Assembly (NCBI RefSeq): GCF_001194135.2
Contig: NC_069000.1
Location: 18,864,324 to 18,928,323, forward strand
DNA: 64,000 bases
Source: Octopus bimaculoides
Lineage: Eukaryota
Reading direction: 5' to 3'
A program made the position numbers and the translations under genes. Below are positions 38,831-53,572 of the stretch, in pieces (the stretch's first letter is position 1; every line of letters begins with the position of its first letter). The notes under the pieces are model-generated. The model searched no databases and was not told the DNA's origin. It worked only from the letters and a program-made list of their open reading frames with translations.

Positions 38831-39654
38831 ATACAATACCTCAAAACAAACAGAATAACACACATCTTTTAGAAACCAGTTTTTGTACTGTGTAAGCACT
38901 TTTGCTATTTACAGCTTTTCAAACACGCACATTATAAGGTAATCTACATAGTTAAAGTTGTTTTTAATAGCAGTGTTGTCTACTTCTGGTTTAGTTTCAG
39001 ATTTAAAATTCTTACAAAGTATTCTTCTCTTGTATTTTGTGGTTGATCATTTCATCCTTCATTTTGAAAAAAGTTTGTTTTGCATTTTCAATTTGCACAA
39101 GTGGTGTAAAAATAGGTGTTCACTAGTGGAACATATCTAAGAGACAAATCTTTGATTTGTTCTTAATGTACTCTACTTCAATGTATCACTTTTGATCCCA
39201 TTTGTGGGTATGTGATGCAGTATATGAAATTTTTTTTTGTTTTGCAATTTATATTTGCATTAACCTTCAATTCCTACCTGTTCTTGTCTCACAACAATTG
39301 TCTCCAGATTTTGTTAGTTGTATTATTTCTTCTACTGTTGTGAATTTTGCCTTTGTTAAGAGTCTTTCAGAATTTGATGGCTGTCTTCAGCTGTTGGTAA
39401 TTTGTAATTTATTCTTCGGAGATTTGATGATTGGTGTACAATTGGAATGGTCGATTGACCATATACAAAATATAATGGTTTCTACAATTATAGGTGGCAA
39501 CAAATGGGAAATTTGTGTATTTATTTTTGTCTTCGACCTTATTGTGAGGGTTTCTCTGTAAGACTTGTGATTGGTCATCTTTTTAATATCTTTGTGTCTG
39601 TGACTCATGAACATATACATCTTGTTATATTAACAGGGATATTAAGATGATAAG

Positions 39655-39845
39655 CTGACAGAATCATTAGCACACCACGGAAAATGCTTAGCAGTATTTC
39701 ATCTGTCTTTACATTCTGAGTGCAAATTCTTCCGAGGTCAACTTAGCCTTTTATCCTTTCAAGTACCAGTTGAGTACTGGGGTTGATGTAACTGACTATA
39801 CCCTTCCCCCATTTTCAGGCCTTGTGCCTATAATAGAAAGGATTA
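39655..39845 (+). mobile_element. SINE family 2
   Basis: GCTGACAGAATCATTAGCAC...AAGTACCAGTTGAGTACTGGGG...GGCCTTGTGCCTATAATAGAAAGG. Confidence 0.7.
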
Positions 39846-40960
39846 TTATTATTAATCACTGGTGCTGTTTGGTTGTCTTATTGCTGACTGTGTTCAACAC
39901 TGCATATATGCTACTAATTTTAATCTCCCTTGGAAGAGGTAGGTCTGAGAAATTTATTGATTCATGTTTATTTGGGCAACCTTCAAGTAGTTTTCCAATA
40001 GAAATTTTGAAGTCACTAAATGCTGATACTTCAAATGTTATTGTTGGTACACTTAAATCATCAAGCTACTGTACGTAGAACTTGCTATGAACATCAATTC
40101 TTGATTTCATGCTAATTTAAAACACAAGGTTGAAAATGTGCCATTTCTAACTTTAGGGAGAAAATATATCAGCTCATCAAAGAAAGTAAAAATGTTATAC
40201 ACACACACACATATATATAGCATGTCCCCCTAATATTTAACAAAAAAAAAAAAAAAAAANNNNNNNNNNNNNNNNNNNNNNNNNNNNNNNNNNNNNNNNN
40301 NNNNNNNNNNNNNNNNNNNNNNNNNNNNNNNNNNNNNNNNNNNNNNNNNNNNNNNNNNNNNNNNNNNNNNNNNNNNNNNNNNNNNNNNNNNNNNNNNNNN
40401 NNNNNNNNNNNNNNNNNNNNNNNNNNNNNNNNNNNNNNNNNNNNNNNNNNNNNNNNNNNNNNNNNNNNNNNNNNNNNNNNNNNNNNNNNNNNNNNNNNNN
40501 NNNNNNNNNNNNNNNNNNNNNNNNNNNNNNNNNNNNNNNNNNNNNNNNNNNNNNNNNNNNNNNNNNNNNNNNNNNNNNNNNNNNNNNNNNNNNNNNNNNN
40601 NNNNNNNNNNNNNNNNNNNNNNNNNNNNNNNNNNNNNNNNNNNNNNNNNNNNNNNNNNNNNNNNNNNNNNNNNNNNNNNNNNNNNNNNNNNNNNNNNNNN
40701 NNNNNNNNNNNNNNNNNNNNNNNNNNNNNNNNNNNNNNNNNNNNNNNNNNNNNNNNNNNNNNNNNNNNNNNNNNNNNNNNNNNNNNNNNNNNNNNNNNNN
40801 NNNNNNNNNNNNNNNNNNNNNNNNNNNNNNNNNNNNNNNNNNNNNNNNNNNNNNNNNNNNNNNNNNNNNNNNNNNNNNNNNNNNNNNNNNNNNNNNNNNN
40901 NNNNNNNNNNNNNNNNNNNNNNNNNNNNNNNNNNNNNNNNNNNNNNNNNNNNNNNNNNNN

Positions 40961-41009
<49 letters not shown>

Positions 41010-41841
41010 TTGACTAAGTAGGGGTTTTATCAGTGGATAAAAATATTGAGATGGTTGAGAATCAGTTCAAAATAACCTACACATAAACAAGTAATAAAAC
41101 TCTCACAGTTATGTAATAGTCTTTAAGGATGTGGACCAAAAAAGATATGTTAATGAACTGAAAAATCCCCAAAATTCTGATGACCTTTGCATATATATGT
41201 TCACAGTGTGCAGACATTTCAGAGATAGAGTAGAAAAGCAGGCTAAATTAACGAATCAGATAAACACAATGCTAATGCTAGCACCATTCCTATGGACTTA
41301 ATTGATGAAACTTGTTAAAGTCACAACTACTTCTTAGATATAATTTTTAATGAAAATAGCATAAATTTTCACAAAATGGAAAATGTTATTGAGATCTGAG
41401 AAAAGTATTTTAATATTTTTGTACAGGATATTTCTTCAGAGAAAAAAAATTCACTTAGCTGAAATAACCTGAATCATTACTGAGTGAGTCTAGCAACATC
41501 CCCAAACCATAGATATTGTAACCATGTATTTCTATGATCTATGCTTCTAAAATAGTAGACTAACTAGTGCTTTTAAACTGCTACTGATTGACTGACAATA
41601 TATGCAGTATCTTATAGAGATTAGGATTACAGTCAGTGAGTCGTAGAACTGTACATATGCTTCACACATGTACAGTGTGTGTCATTACAGGTATGTTTGT
41701 TTTGTAGTGGGGTTGAATTCTGCTTCAGCAGTTGTTTTTATTTTCAAATCTGATGTCGTCAACATATATTTGTTTACACTGCTGATATTCATGTAGACAA
41801 ATGTAGTAACATAACTTATCCTATGTACCTGATCATTTGTT

Positions 41842-41878
<37 letters not shown>

Positions 41879-42059
41879 AGTATAGTATATTTTAGACCTA
41901 CACACCCATGTATATATGCACGTATAGTCCTGTAACATCTTATACAGCCTACTACCACTTCTTCCAATGGTGTCATTTGCTTGTGCTAAAACTGTGATCT
42001 TCAACTGGCACACACTTTTAACACCATAAGTAGTAAATATACACACAAGCATTTATGTG

Positions 42060-42325
42060 TACTGTGCAGGTGGCACGTAAAATACACCATTTTGAGCGTG
42101 GCTGTTGCCAGTATCGCCTGACTGGCCTTCGTGCCAGTGGCACGTAAAAGCACCCTCTACACTCTCGGAGTGTTTGGCGTTAGAAAGGGCATCCAGCTGT
42201 AGAAACTCTGCCAAATCAGATTGGAGCCTGGTGTAGCCATCTGGTTTCACCAGTCCTCAGTCAAATCGTCCAACCCATGCTAGCATGGAAAGCGGATGTT
42301 AAACAATGATGATGATGATGATGAT
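42060..42325 (+). mobile_element. RTE 3' terminus with ~1 UTR repeat unit and (GAT)n tail
   Basis: Near-identical to 1800-2038. Confidence 0.85.
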
Positions 42326-42849
42326 GTATATAGACATGTTTGTGCATGCATATATCAAACATGCCTGTGTAAGCACATACACACACACAATTATACCTGT
42401 TTTAAACAATGATCTATCTCTATAATTCACATCCATCTACAGTCGTTGATCAACTCAAGTTCTGGCCCCCTTATTTACTTGTAAACCATTTCTGTTATCC
42501 ATCTCCAGTCATGAAAATGCATCAGCTTGCATTGTTTGAATACAAAGCCCTTTCAACCTATGCTGCATTGATTCCCTAAGCCACTTTTATGGTGGGTAAG
42601 TGGTGGTGGTGGTGGGAAACACAGTAGAGTTGACTGAACCAACCCTCAGGGTATTAAATTATTGCTACTAAAACAATAATAAATGAAAGTTGATGGAATA
42701 ATGGCCTCGTTTATTATTAATTCTAGAACATTTTACTAGATCCTTTGTTTAAGTTGCTTTAAGTTGACTCAATTCACTAAATTCAGAGATATTTGCTTCT
42801 AAATCTGTGGCAGTTGTTGGATACGGAGGGAGATTTTTTTTCAGTTAGC

Positions 42850-44750
42850 TTTCTCGTAACATCTACCCATGATGTGTAATACAATCTATGAAACAAATTC
42901 CATTACATGAATGAAATAGGTAAATAAAAATTGAATGTTTGTTAAAATTGGACATTCTTGGGAAGTTGAATGTGGATTTCACCATAAGTTGCAGTTAAAG
43001 ATGGCTGTGTTCATTTATGTGTAGAGCTATATAGAGTAAATGCAAATATCTAAAGGAAACAATATTTAATATCAACTGCTGATGAGGTGCTGGAAATTTC
43101 GAAAGGATTACACTTCTTTTCAAAGATGAATCTTGATAATGTGCTAACACCAAGTAAAATTAGATCCAGTGATGCAAAATAATAATATTTGCTCCTTCTA
43201 GTGGATCAAATCAGTACAAGCATGTAGTTCTTCAGATTTTCTTAGTATTTGAAGAATTTTGGGAAATTAGCAGTCTTTTCAAATCTGAACTGAATGTAAT
43301 ATTGCAAATAATATTCTAAGCTCATTGCAGGTCAAAAGAGATAATCCCATGACATTAAATTGATGCTTAATAATACTGTTCAGAAGTGGTCTTGCATTAA
43401 ATCATAGGAAATATATCTATACCATGAGACAAATAGAATATTTTGACTTTGTTTTCAAGCAGGAAGTGAAACTGATGGAGCATAAGGTTATGTTTCATCA
43501 GATTTAACAATTCAAGCATAATGACTGAATGAAGAGTGCTTCTTTTTGATCACTCATATTTCTTTGTCATTTCATCATACTTAATTATTAAAAAATATAT
43601 GGAAACTGACAAAATGGAGGGAAAGAAATTTCAATTGGGTGGTAAATGAGAATAAGATTTCCAGGAATTAAAACACTGCATAACATCTCATACGATATTT
43701 TATACCAAACAGAAAGATTATCTATTGATGACACTCAGGTTGGGTTGGATGCCATATTGGTGCAACATAAATATCAAAGGTAAAGTTCATGTTATTTCCT
43801 ATGGAATCAAAGCACTTCCAAAAAATCAAACAGTGGTATGGTCTATTTGAAAATAAAGGCCTTGCAATAGTAGGGGTGTCCTATGAAAGTATACAAAAGG
43901 TATTCATAACACAGCAGCTGTACTGTCCCTTCAGCTAATAGAAACAACAGAGTATGTTGATAAATATGACTATTGTAAACAATATCAAATTTGTAGCCAT
44001 GACCGTATCTAATTTATTAAAATATTCAAAGAAAGTCTCAACTATTCAGACAATAGAAAAAAACATGGAGAAAGGAGACAGTAAAATTCAGCTGCTAGAA
44101 ATTATACAGCAATTTGTCTGTTGTCCCAGAATTAACAAAGACCAAAAGCCAAAAATTAGAAATTGTTTGATAATAAATCTTCACAGCTAAATGAGGAACA
44201 TACATGTAGATTTCAAAGGTCTACTTCTCAGCAAGGAATGACTATTAGTAATTGCTGAAGCAATGCAATAGCTGGAGACAGTTGTTCTGAAACTGACTGG
44301 AATTTGTCCACGGTTTATAAGCTGTGAATTTAAAGTGTTTAGAATGATAGTGAGTAAAACACTGATACTTGACCATTCTCAAATGTTTTGGTAAAAAGAT
44401 TCAGTATAAGCAACGTAATGAAGTCATCAATCTAGAAGGCAAATGGTAAAAGAGAGAAATTTGGAAACGTTTATTGTTCTACAGGAACACCTTTCATTCA
44501 TGAACTAAGGTAGCACCATCTATCCTATTTTTAAATCAACTCTTACCTGGAAAATTTCCACATTATGAAATTCCTGTAACAGACAAAAGACATGAAGCGG
44601 AGAGTAATGAGAAAAGAGCAAAATCTAACATAAAATACTTGCTAATTGGAAACCAGGTGTTCAGATATAGACGTTGATCATGTTATCATGAAAATTCAAC
44701 AACCAAGAAAATACCATCCAAATTTTAATTTGACTTTGTTGTTAGAAGGA
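42850..44750 (+). mobile_element. Decayed Ty3/Gypsy pol (RT, RNase H, integrase relics)
   Basis: STADEVLEISKGLHFFSKMNL (cf. PTIDE...FSKLDL); RQIEYFDFV..KV; DFQELKHCIT; DDTQVGLDAILVQ..KVHVISYGIKAL (RNase H-like); motif order fits Gypsy. No LTRs seen. Confidence 0.7.
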
Positions 44751-46395
44751 AGGGAAGACTGATTTGGGTTACAGCTCTAGATTGGTTGAAAGCATTCATG
44801 TGCACCGTACTTGATCTCAAAGTTGTACTGTAAGAAAGTGCAAGAGGTTCTTATAATAGGATCCTTGTTAAAAGCTTGACTGTGGATCAAATTCACAGAA
44901 TGAATCAACTGAAATAACAATAAAGATAACAAGTGTCTGAAGAGAGCAAATCTGGCCAGGAATGCCAGTATGGTTTATGTATAAACCTACAGGAATATAT
45001 ATGGATATACCAGCGATCAAATACAGACCAGAGAGTGAAAACATTATTAAATAAATAAAAAGCAAAGATATGACATTCATATGGTAGTGTTGCATATTTT
45101 ACATTATTCACATGCTTACTATTGCATGATTCAATCTGATGGTCACATAATCAGTGTCATTCAATGTTACCAGTTGGATGAGGAAAGCTTGGTTATTCAG
45201 TTGAATAAAGCTTGTAGAGTTATAGGACCTCTTGCAACTACAGCTTTGCTTGAATAAACACTTTATTGCAGGACTACATGCATAAGCTCATTACAGAGCT
45301 CTATTATAAAATGCAAGTAGTTATTTTCTTAAATCTGGTGGAATGAAGGTAAAAAAATCTACTATGATTTGAACTTAAAGACTAAAAATGACAAAGCTAA
45401 ATACATATATGCATTTCATTTTATGCTTTAACTTGTGCTATTAACAGAAAAGTAAATAAGAGGCTGTACCATTTGTTGTATATTGGTTTGGTTTCAAAGC
45501 CTCAATCATAAAGAATATACAGTATACACCACCATTTAGTTAACATTTGTTTTATCTGAAATTGTTGCTTATATATGAAGAGTCTAAAATGATTGACCTT
45601 TCTGCTGTTTACTGTTGAAGGCCAGCTTCCAGTTAGCCTCTCTATACTCTCATGATGTACTCTAGACTTATTCTTAATGATGAAATAGCTATATTTTAGA
45701 AATTGGGGAAGCAACTTTAAAAGAGATCTCATTTTAATATTTATGCATTTTCTCCTGAATGTAATTAACTGATTAAATAAACAATTGAGTTCTAAAATAT
45801 TTTATTTCCTCTAAGATTTCTTTCAGTATGTTTAGAAGTGAATAAAAGAATGTGTAAGTTTTATTTTTTCAAGTTTCTAACAATTTGTATATCATATGAA
45901 ATGCCTAATTAATATTCAATAGTTTCGAACTGAAAATCTTACTTTTGTTTGTTATATATAGGACCACAAGAATTCTGTATAATCAATGTCCATGTGTTAG
46001 TGCACACACAGGCATACAAACACATCAACACACACATACAAACCTACATGCACAGATAAATGAACTTTTATCCTTTTCTTTTTCACAAAGTGTATTTTAT
46101 GGACACAAAAGACATTGCTAAATGGTTAATTTTAATCTATTTTATCTCCAATGGATATCTGAACTGAACAATTTAAATATATCAAACTAAATGAATGTTT
46201 GAAGTAACTGAAGGAAATTGAGTTTTTAATGTTCAATTTGAAGGTAGAAAACAACAACCAATGAAGAATGCAAATCAATTCTCACATAGTGTGATCTTTA
46301 TCCAAAACCATTGAGGAGAGTCACCTGCTCAGAGAAACACAGGCTTCTGAATACAGACACCAACTGAATCTGTTGAGATTGCCATTAAGTGATTT

Positions 46396-46578
46396 CTATA
46401 AAGAAGCATCATGAAACGTATTTAAACTGAAATATATGCCAGTTAATATCAGTAAATCAATGTTACCAGAAGGTGCGGGGAATATGGACGAATACAATAA
46501 TGCCGAATGTCCAGTGAGCATCCATTCCCTCCCATTTAGGGGCTTGGGACCCTCAAGGTATGAGATCACACCTGGCAT
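46396..46578. other. GC/CpG-elevated exon-like island, strand unresolved
   Basis: 105-nt symmetric exons fit on both strands (minus 46571-46467; plus 46453-46557). Confidence 0.25.
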
Positions 46579-48940
46579 GGTTAAATGGATGTTGTGAATA
46601 ATAGCAATGACTGCATATTAATACCTCTAAGAAGGAGAAGATTTATTATGAATCAGTACATGAAATTAGATCAATGTACATGAACATTTCAATGTTCACT
46701 TTAATAATAATTGTCACAAAATACATAAAGGTAATAATAAAAATCAACTTGATATCTCTAATACATCATTATTATATGGCTATACTTCATACTGCATAGA
46801 CATTCTATCATTATGATCACTAATTAATATTAAAAATGTGTATTAATGTATCATGTTTATTTTCTTATCTTCAAATATAAAAATTATTTTCATTTAAAAC
46901 CATATTCTAAAGAATATTACTAGTAGAAATATTTTTAGTAATTGTAATAAAAAATATCATTCTCCCTATTAGCATAATTAAAGCAGAAATTATTATCTCT
47001 TATATTTTGTGTTAAATTGATATAATTAAAAGTGTCCATGTAATTCAGTTAATTTCTCCACTTTTTAAATGTATATACAAAGTAAAATGGAACAAATTAA
47101 ATATATACTTTGGATGTTAACAACCATTTTGGTAAGTGTTATGGAAGACAGAGGGATTACTAGTATTTGATAGATGGTTTAATATAATGGTTGTGCAATG
47201 ATTTAAACTATTATTGTGGAGTTAAAAAAAAAAAAAAAAAAAGAGAAAATAAAAAGAAAACTAGGATTTAAAACACTGAAATGTTTATTTCAAGAAAGGA
47301 TATTTCTTTGAATTCTTGATATAAACCTGATAGAACCATATTATATTAGTAGAAGGAAAAGAAATAATACATAGGTAGTGATGATTGTTAAAGAGTGCCA
47401 TAGCTCAGTTCAGTCAGTAAATCCTAAATCTATTGTAGGTGGATTTATACTATCAGATACATCCATTACAGTCAATCCTTCTACATTAATAGAGATCATG
47501 TCTTTGAATCCACCTGAAACCCAACTGCACCCACTCTCATATTGGAAACAAAAAAGGAGTAAGATAGGATCAAATACCATTAAAATATTGCTTTTAAATG
47601 AATTAATGAGTTGTATAAACTGCAGAAGAATTTTATTCATTCACTAACATGTTTTTGTCAGAGGAAAGATATACAGCTTCAGAAACCAGAAGATAAAATA
47701 TATTAATAATTATAACCAGGATATAACAAAGCATATAGAACAATGAAACCAACTGCTTTCTATTGGTAAACAGAATAATTCTTTGTTTGAGTAAACAACA
47801 GCCAAATCCAGATATGTCAGACTTAACATTTTAAAATATATTACAATTAAACTATGTTTATTATGTTAGGGCAAGGTGTAATATCTTCTTAAATATTAGC
47901 TGCTAAATTGATCAATTTCTTTTTATCTTATTTTAATCAAATCATAGTAAAATTGAAAAAGAAAATTAATTGAATTTTGATTTTATAAGTTTTATAAAAA
48001 AAAAAAGAGTTGCAACATTTTATGAGTTCACTTATGAAAGAAAGTGCATGATTGAAATTACTATAAACACCATTAGCATTAGCTACAGATATTATAAATT
48101 TTTTCATAATTTTGTACAAATTTACCAATACAAGTAAAATCAGGGGGGGAAAAATCTATAATTGTGTACAAATATTCATTAGCAGTTTAGAAGATATTAT
48201 GCAAATACTGAGAATGAAATGGCTAGAAGTTGACCATTGTAGAAGGAAGGATAAAAGAAATAGAGTTATTGTTAAAAAATAGAACTAAGTTTATCATATA
48301 ACTCAAATTGTAAGTGTTAATGTAATCTAACATCTTAGACGGGTAATATAAATATTCAGAGATTTATAAAAGCAAGGCAAATAGGAGTAGTAGGTTGAAA
48401 AAAAAAAAAAAAACGACAAAATATAGGCAATACCAGTTTGAAAAACAGAAATGTCATTCATTAGTTATGACTGTTATATGTTAAGTTAGGGATTTACATA
48501 AAATACAATTCTATGGGAGTATTAGATATAGTTCTAAGTTTATCTGATAATGGTTTCTCTATGGTAGATCCCTATGGTTTTTAATAGAACCCACATTATG
48601 CTAAAGATATAAGTTTCTATCTAATTTGAAGACTCTTTATTATACACCAATACAGTAAGCTAGAAGAAGCCTCTACACAATCATTTGATCTGCTAGAAAT
48701 GGCAAAGAATCTCTCAAATCACGCCCATACCATCTTATGTAAGTATAAGAAACATTAATATTATCCTGCATACCCCTAAAAAGAAGGGATGGTCAAGGTA
48801 AGAAGGCCTTACCAACCCTTCTGCTCAGTCAGGGTTGACTTGGAATTAAACAACTTGATCGATTCTGAAAGTAGAAATTTCTTGTTTTTTGATGTTGGAT
48901 TCAACTAGTGTCTGTCTATAATTTGAATACCTTCTAAATA

Positions 48941-50139
48941 TTGGGTCATTCCATAAATGTGGTTTTTTTATACATATTTTATTTTTCAAAATTAAGATGC
49001 ACAAAGTTCTTTTTTAATCTACAATGCTCTTCCATCTATCTGGTAGACTTGCAAGGCCCTTCTTCCAAAATTCACTTGCCCATGAGGAAAAATACTCCTC
49101 CAGTACTGTTCTGACCTCATCTACAGAATTCATATTTTTTCCATCAAAATGATTTTGAAGACTGATAATCAGATGAGATAAGGATAATGTCTAGCGAATA
49201 TAGTGGGTGGGGCATTGCTTCCCATTCAAACTGCTCCAGCCTTTGGAATGTCATCTTTGCTATATGTGGCTGAGCATTATCCTGGTGGAAGAACACCTTT
49301 CATCTTGAAACCAAAGATGGATATCCTTTGTTATCGTTTGGTGTGTGTTTAAAAGTTCAAAGTGGACTAAACCTTTCATATCCAACCAAACAGATAACAA
49401 CACCTTACGTGGGCGAAGACTTTCTTTAGCCTGGGGTGCCAGTGTTTCTTCTTTCCCTACCCACTGTCTTCAGCACTTGACATTTTTATAGAGAACCCAT
49501 TTCTCATCACCAGTCACTATTCGGTCCAAAAAGGTTCATTTGTGAGACATGATAGCAAAGAAGAGCACACATTCACTCTCTGCACGAAATTAAACTCAGA
49601 AAGTTTGTGAGGAACCCATTGACTCAATTTGCTGACTTTGCCAATGGCATGCAGGTGTTGATGAATGGTTGAATGACCAAAGCCAAGCTTCTCTGCTAGT
49701 TCAAGTTATGATGGGATTTTGTTCCACCAGGGTTTGCAGGACATCCCCACTGAGCTCTACAGATCTTCCAGGATGAGGCTCATCTTCTAGGCTGTAGTTT
49801 CTGGCTTGGAATTTCTGGAACCACCATTGACACTGGCTTACACTTATTGTCTGATCCCCATATACTGCATTAATATTCCTCGCACTTTCCATTGTTGTTG
49901 CCTTTACTGAACTCATAAAGCAAAATATGCCAAATATGCTCCTTTGTCACTTCCATTATAGCTTTGAAAAAATAACTGTTAAAATTGAACTGCACTCTTC
50001 AAAACTTGCACTAAGAATAAGTACAAGGTAAAATGACTACCTGCTTTTATAGCAAGTTGATGCAGGTAGTTTATCCTGTTCCCCTCCGACTTTTAGTTCA
50101 TGCAATTGAGAAAACTGCATTATTTATCGGATGACCCAA
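48941..50139 (-). mobile_element. Near full-length decayed mariner
   Basis: TA|TTGGGTCATTCCATAAAT ... ATTTATCGGATGACCCAA|TA TIRs with TA TSD; ESARNINAVYGDQTISVSQCQWWFQKFQARNYSLEDEPHPGR. Confidence 0.9.
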
Positions 50140-51116
50140 TAGTTTGGGATTTTACTTCAATACTTCAGAAAATTTGCTATCTCACTGCTTGTGGCTTCCT
50201 AACAAACATGCATCCTTGTCCCACATACAGTTCACTTTACTTTATTAACTAATTAAAAACTATCCTAAGAAACAATTACTGATGTTGAGTAAATTACCTC
50301 TGTCACACTTTTTTTAAACGTAGCAGATTCAACATTACACTTAATTTCATATGTTTATATGATTGTCATTGAAATGAGTTACTATGAGTGGGTCTAAATG
50401 ATGACAGTCATGTGATGCTTGTATTAAAGCATTTTAATACCAACATCATTAACACACAACCTGTTTTCCTATCAACAAGTTCTCAAAATGTTCATCTATT
50501 TTTATAGTAAACTTATTAAGAAAACAAAAATATATTCATTTTCATTGATCAATTTGTTTTAGAAAATGGGGACATTATATTGATTTGGGGGTCAGCTCTA
50601 TTTGTATATACCACAATCAGCAATCTGTCTCAAAAGTATGCTTCTTAATTCACCCACAAATGGCTTTGCACATACAGTTGAATGATTATATATTAGACAA
50701 CTTATTTTTCATCTAATAGATTTCAAATATTCCTTACAGTTGATTCTGGAATGAAAATTAGATGAATTGCAAGCAATTTAATCTAGCTAAATAATTTGGT
50801 TAGATGAATTTATTTTAGTTTAGTATTACTTTTGTGTAACCTCCTGTGTTTTGTTAATAGATGCAATGCCTTAAATCATTTTGCAATACTGGAGATTTAA
50901 CAGGTTCACAAAATTAATCTTTATTTCTTCTGTTGTATACATGCATGCACAACACACATACACAAATTCACTCACAGACACTGTAGTCATCTTTGTCTTT
51001 CATCCTTCCAGGTTTGATAAAATAAAGTGCAATTGAAATTGACTAACAGCCTCCCCTCAAAACTACTGGCCTTGTACCTAAATCAGAAACAATTATTATT
51101 ATCATTGTTGTTGTTA

Positions 51117-51545
51117 TTAAGGTGGTGAGCTGGCAGAATTGTTAGCACATTGGGCAAAATGGTTAGTGGCATTTTGTCTGTCTTTACATTCTGAGTTCAA
51201 ATTCCACTGAAGTTGACTTTGTGTTTCGTCCTTCTGGGTCAATAAAATAAGTACCAGTTGAACACTGGGAGCAAATGTAATCAACTTCCCCACACTTGCT
51301 GGCCTTGTGCCAGAATACAAAACTATTATTAAGGCGGTGAGCTGGTAGAGTCATTAGCAAACTGAACAAAATGCTTAAGAGCATTTTGTCTATCTTTACA
51401 TCTGAGTTCAAATTCTACCAAGATCGACTTTGCTGTCATCCTTTCAGGGTTGATGAAATAAGTTGAGCGCTGGAGTCAGTGTAATTGACTAGCCCACTCC
51501 CATCAAAATTTCAGGCCTCATGCCTATAGTAGAAAGGATTTTTAT
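51117..51545 (+). mobile_element. Two head-to-tail SINE family 2 copies
   Basis: TTAAGGTGGTGAGCTGGCAGAATTG at ~51117 and TTAAGGCGGTGAGCTGGTAGAGTC at ~51329. Confidence 0.8.
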
Positions 51546-53214
51546 TATTGCTGTTGTTTAGTCAAATGAATAGGACTGAACTCATCTCTGCATATCCTGT
51601 CCTAGACACATAATACTGATACTGTTAGTGTTTCATTTGAACTTCTCAAAGTAAATGCTAGAAATGTTATTGATGCATAATAAACTCAATAACATGAAGA
51701 TCATTAAAAAAAGTAAACACTCAACATAAGAGAATATGCCCAGGATGCAAAATTTAAAAAATTCATATTAAATACATTATTCCTAAAAATTAAAATGTTG
51801 AGGAAACTTATTACACCCAACTTACATTTTTAAAAGAAAATATATTAACTTTAAGAAGAGTAATGTGAAGCTTTTCATAAAGAACTTTTGGTGCAGAGAG
51901 AGAAAGAGAATTTTAGACTAAGGATGTTTTCAAATATAATTCAAAACTATGCAGAAGTAGATTGTTTTTATCTTTTACAAGACAAAAATGTCTATATTTT
52001 CCATCTGTAAAATGTTGAAAACAGAGGGAAATGTCTGAATGTTTTGGGTGGTTTAAAAGTTCATGCTTCCACTCAAGATAAAACACTGAATAAGATGTTT
52101 TGAATTGTACCTAAACGTTTTACATTGGATAATTTAAATATAACATTTATGTGCTAAAACTGTAAAAAAAACTAGATAAAATGCTGTGAGTACAGAATCC
52201 AATACTTTAGAAAATAAAAGTGATGTGATTGGTACTAAAGACAAGTGAGTAGAAATCCTAGAATAACAACGCAGGAGGAATTGTTTGAATATATAAGTGA
52301 AATAATCCAGTTAGATAATCAGGAGTGAATAGAATTGTCTTCCCTATATCTTGCAGCACAACACATGCTTCCTCTATTGTGTTGTGGTGTTTCCCCAACA
52401 GAAGGTCAATGTTGAAGTAGACTTGACCCAAACTGACATGAGATTTGAAACTTCTGGGAGAACTTGGTTATGAGGTCTGTGCTCTTGGATAGTGAAAAAG
52501 CAATTTGCATTCCATTCTGTATATGGTATTGCATTGAAATTCTGCTTTACTGAAACCTTTTATACATCACCTTTAATATATGCTATGTTTAGTGCAAGAG
52601 TTGGTTAAGTCCATATATGAAGGACAGTTGGAATCACTAAAAGTAATGCCATTTATGTAATATTGTGAGAATTTAAGAATTTCATATATTTATTCTATTT
52701 AATATGAATAAGCTTCTGGCAAAGTGATTTTCATAAATAATAAATTATGTAAGAAATATATGTGCAGAATTATTTTAACTCCTTTTTACCAAATAAATAT
52801 AATCTAAATGAATACAACTAACCATTACACTGACACATTTACAAATTTGGTTACTTCTAAGATTTCAAACTGGCTTTAAGAACAATAAGGAGATATTTGT
52901 TAGTGCGATTTAAGAGAAAAATAATTTGTGCCATTTTGTGCTGACAAATGAATACTTTCCAGATTTAAAAAGAACAAGACATTCAACAAAACAACCAATA
53001 AATTGATATTTAGGGATCTACTTAAAAATATCATTGCTTTTGTTATTAGTATACAGGATTTCTTTTAAAAAAATTTTAATTGTGGAAAAATATTAAATAT
53101 TTCATTAATGTTAATAGTGGGGATATTATTATACTGAAGGAAAGTGTTCAATTAGGTATGTTAGCTCTAACACTCTTGGTTATTATGCAAATTTAAAATC
53201 AAAATCGGAGCAAT

Positions 53215-53254
53215 TATATATATATTCACACACACACACATATATATATATGTG

Positions 53255-53302
<48 letters not shown>

Positions 53303-53408
53303 TGTATACACATATATATGTATATATATATGTATACACATATATGTATATATATATATATATGGTTTACATACATATATATACATATATATATATATGT
53401 ATACATAC

Positions 53409-53487
<79 letters not shown>

Positions 53488-53524
53488 NNNNNNNNNNTAC
53501 ATATATATACATATATATATATGT

Positions 53525-53572
<48 letters not shown>

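Noticed and set aside
39856-47513. Faint similarity between the islands at ~39960-40030 and ~47480-47515 (IEILKSLN vs IEIMSLN)
   Set aside because: It covers only ~7 residues and needs indels, so it cannot be distinguished from chance without an alignment statistic.
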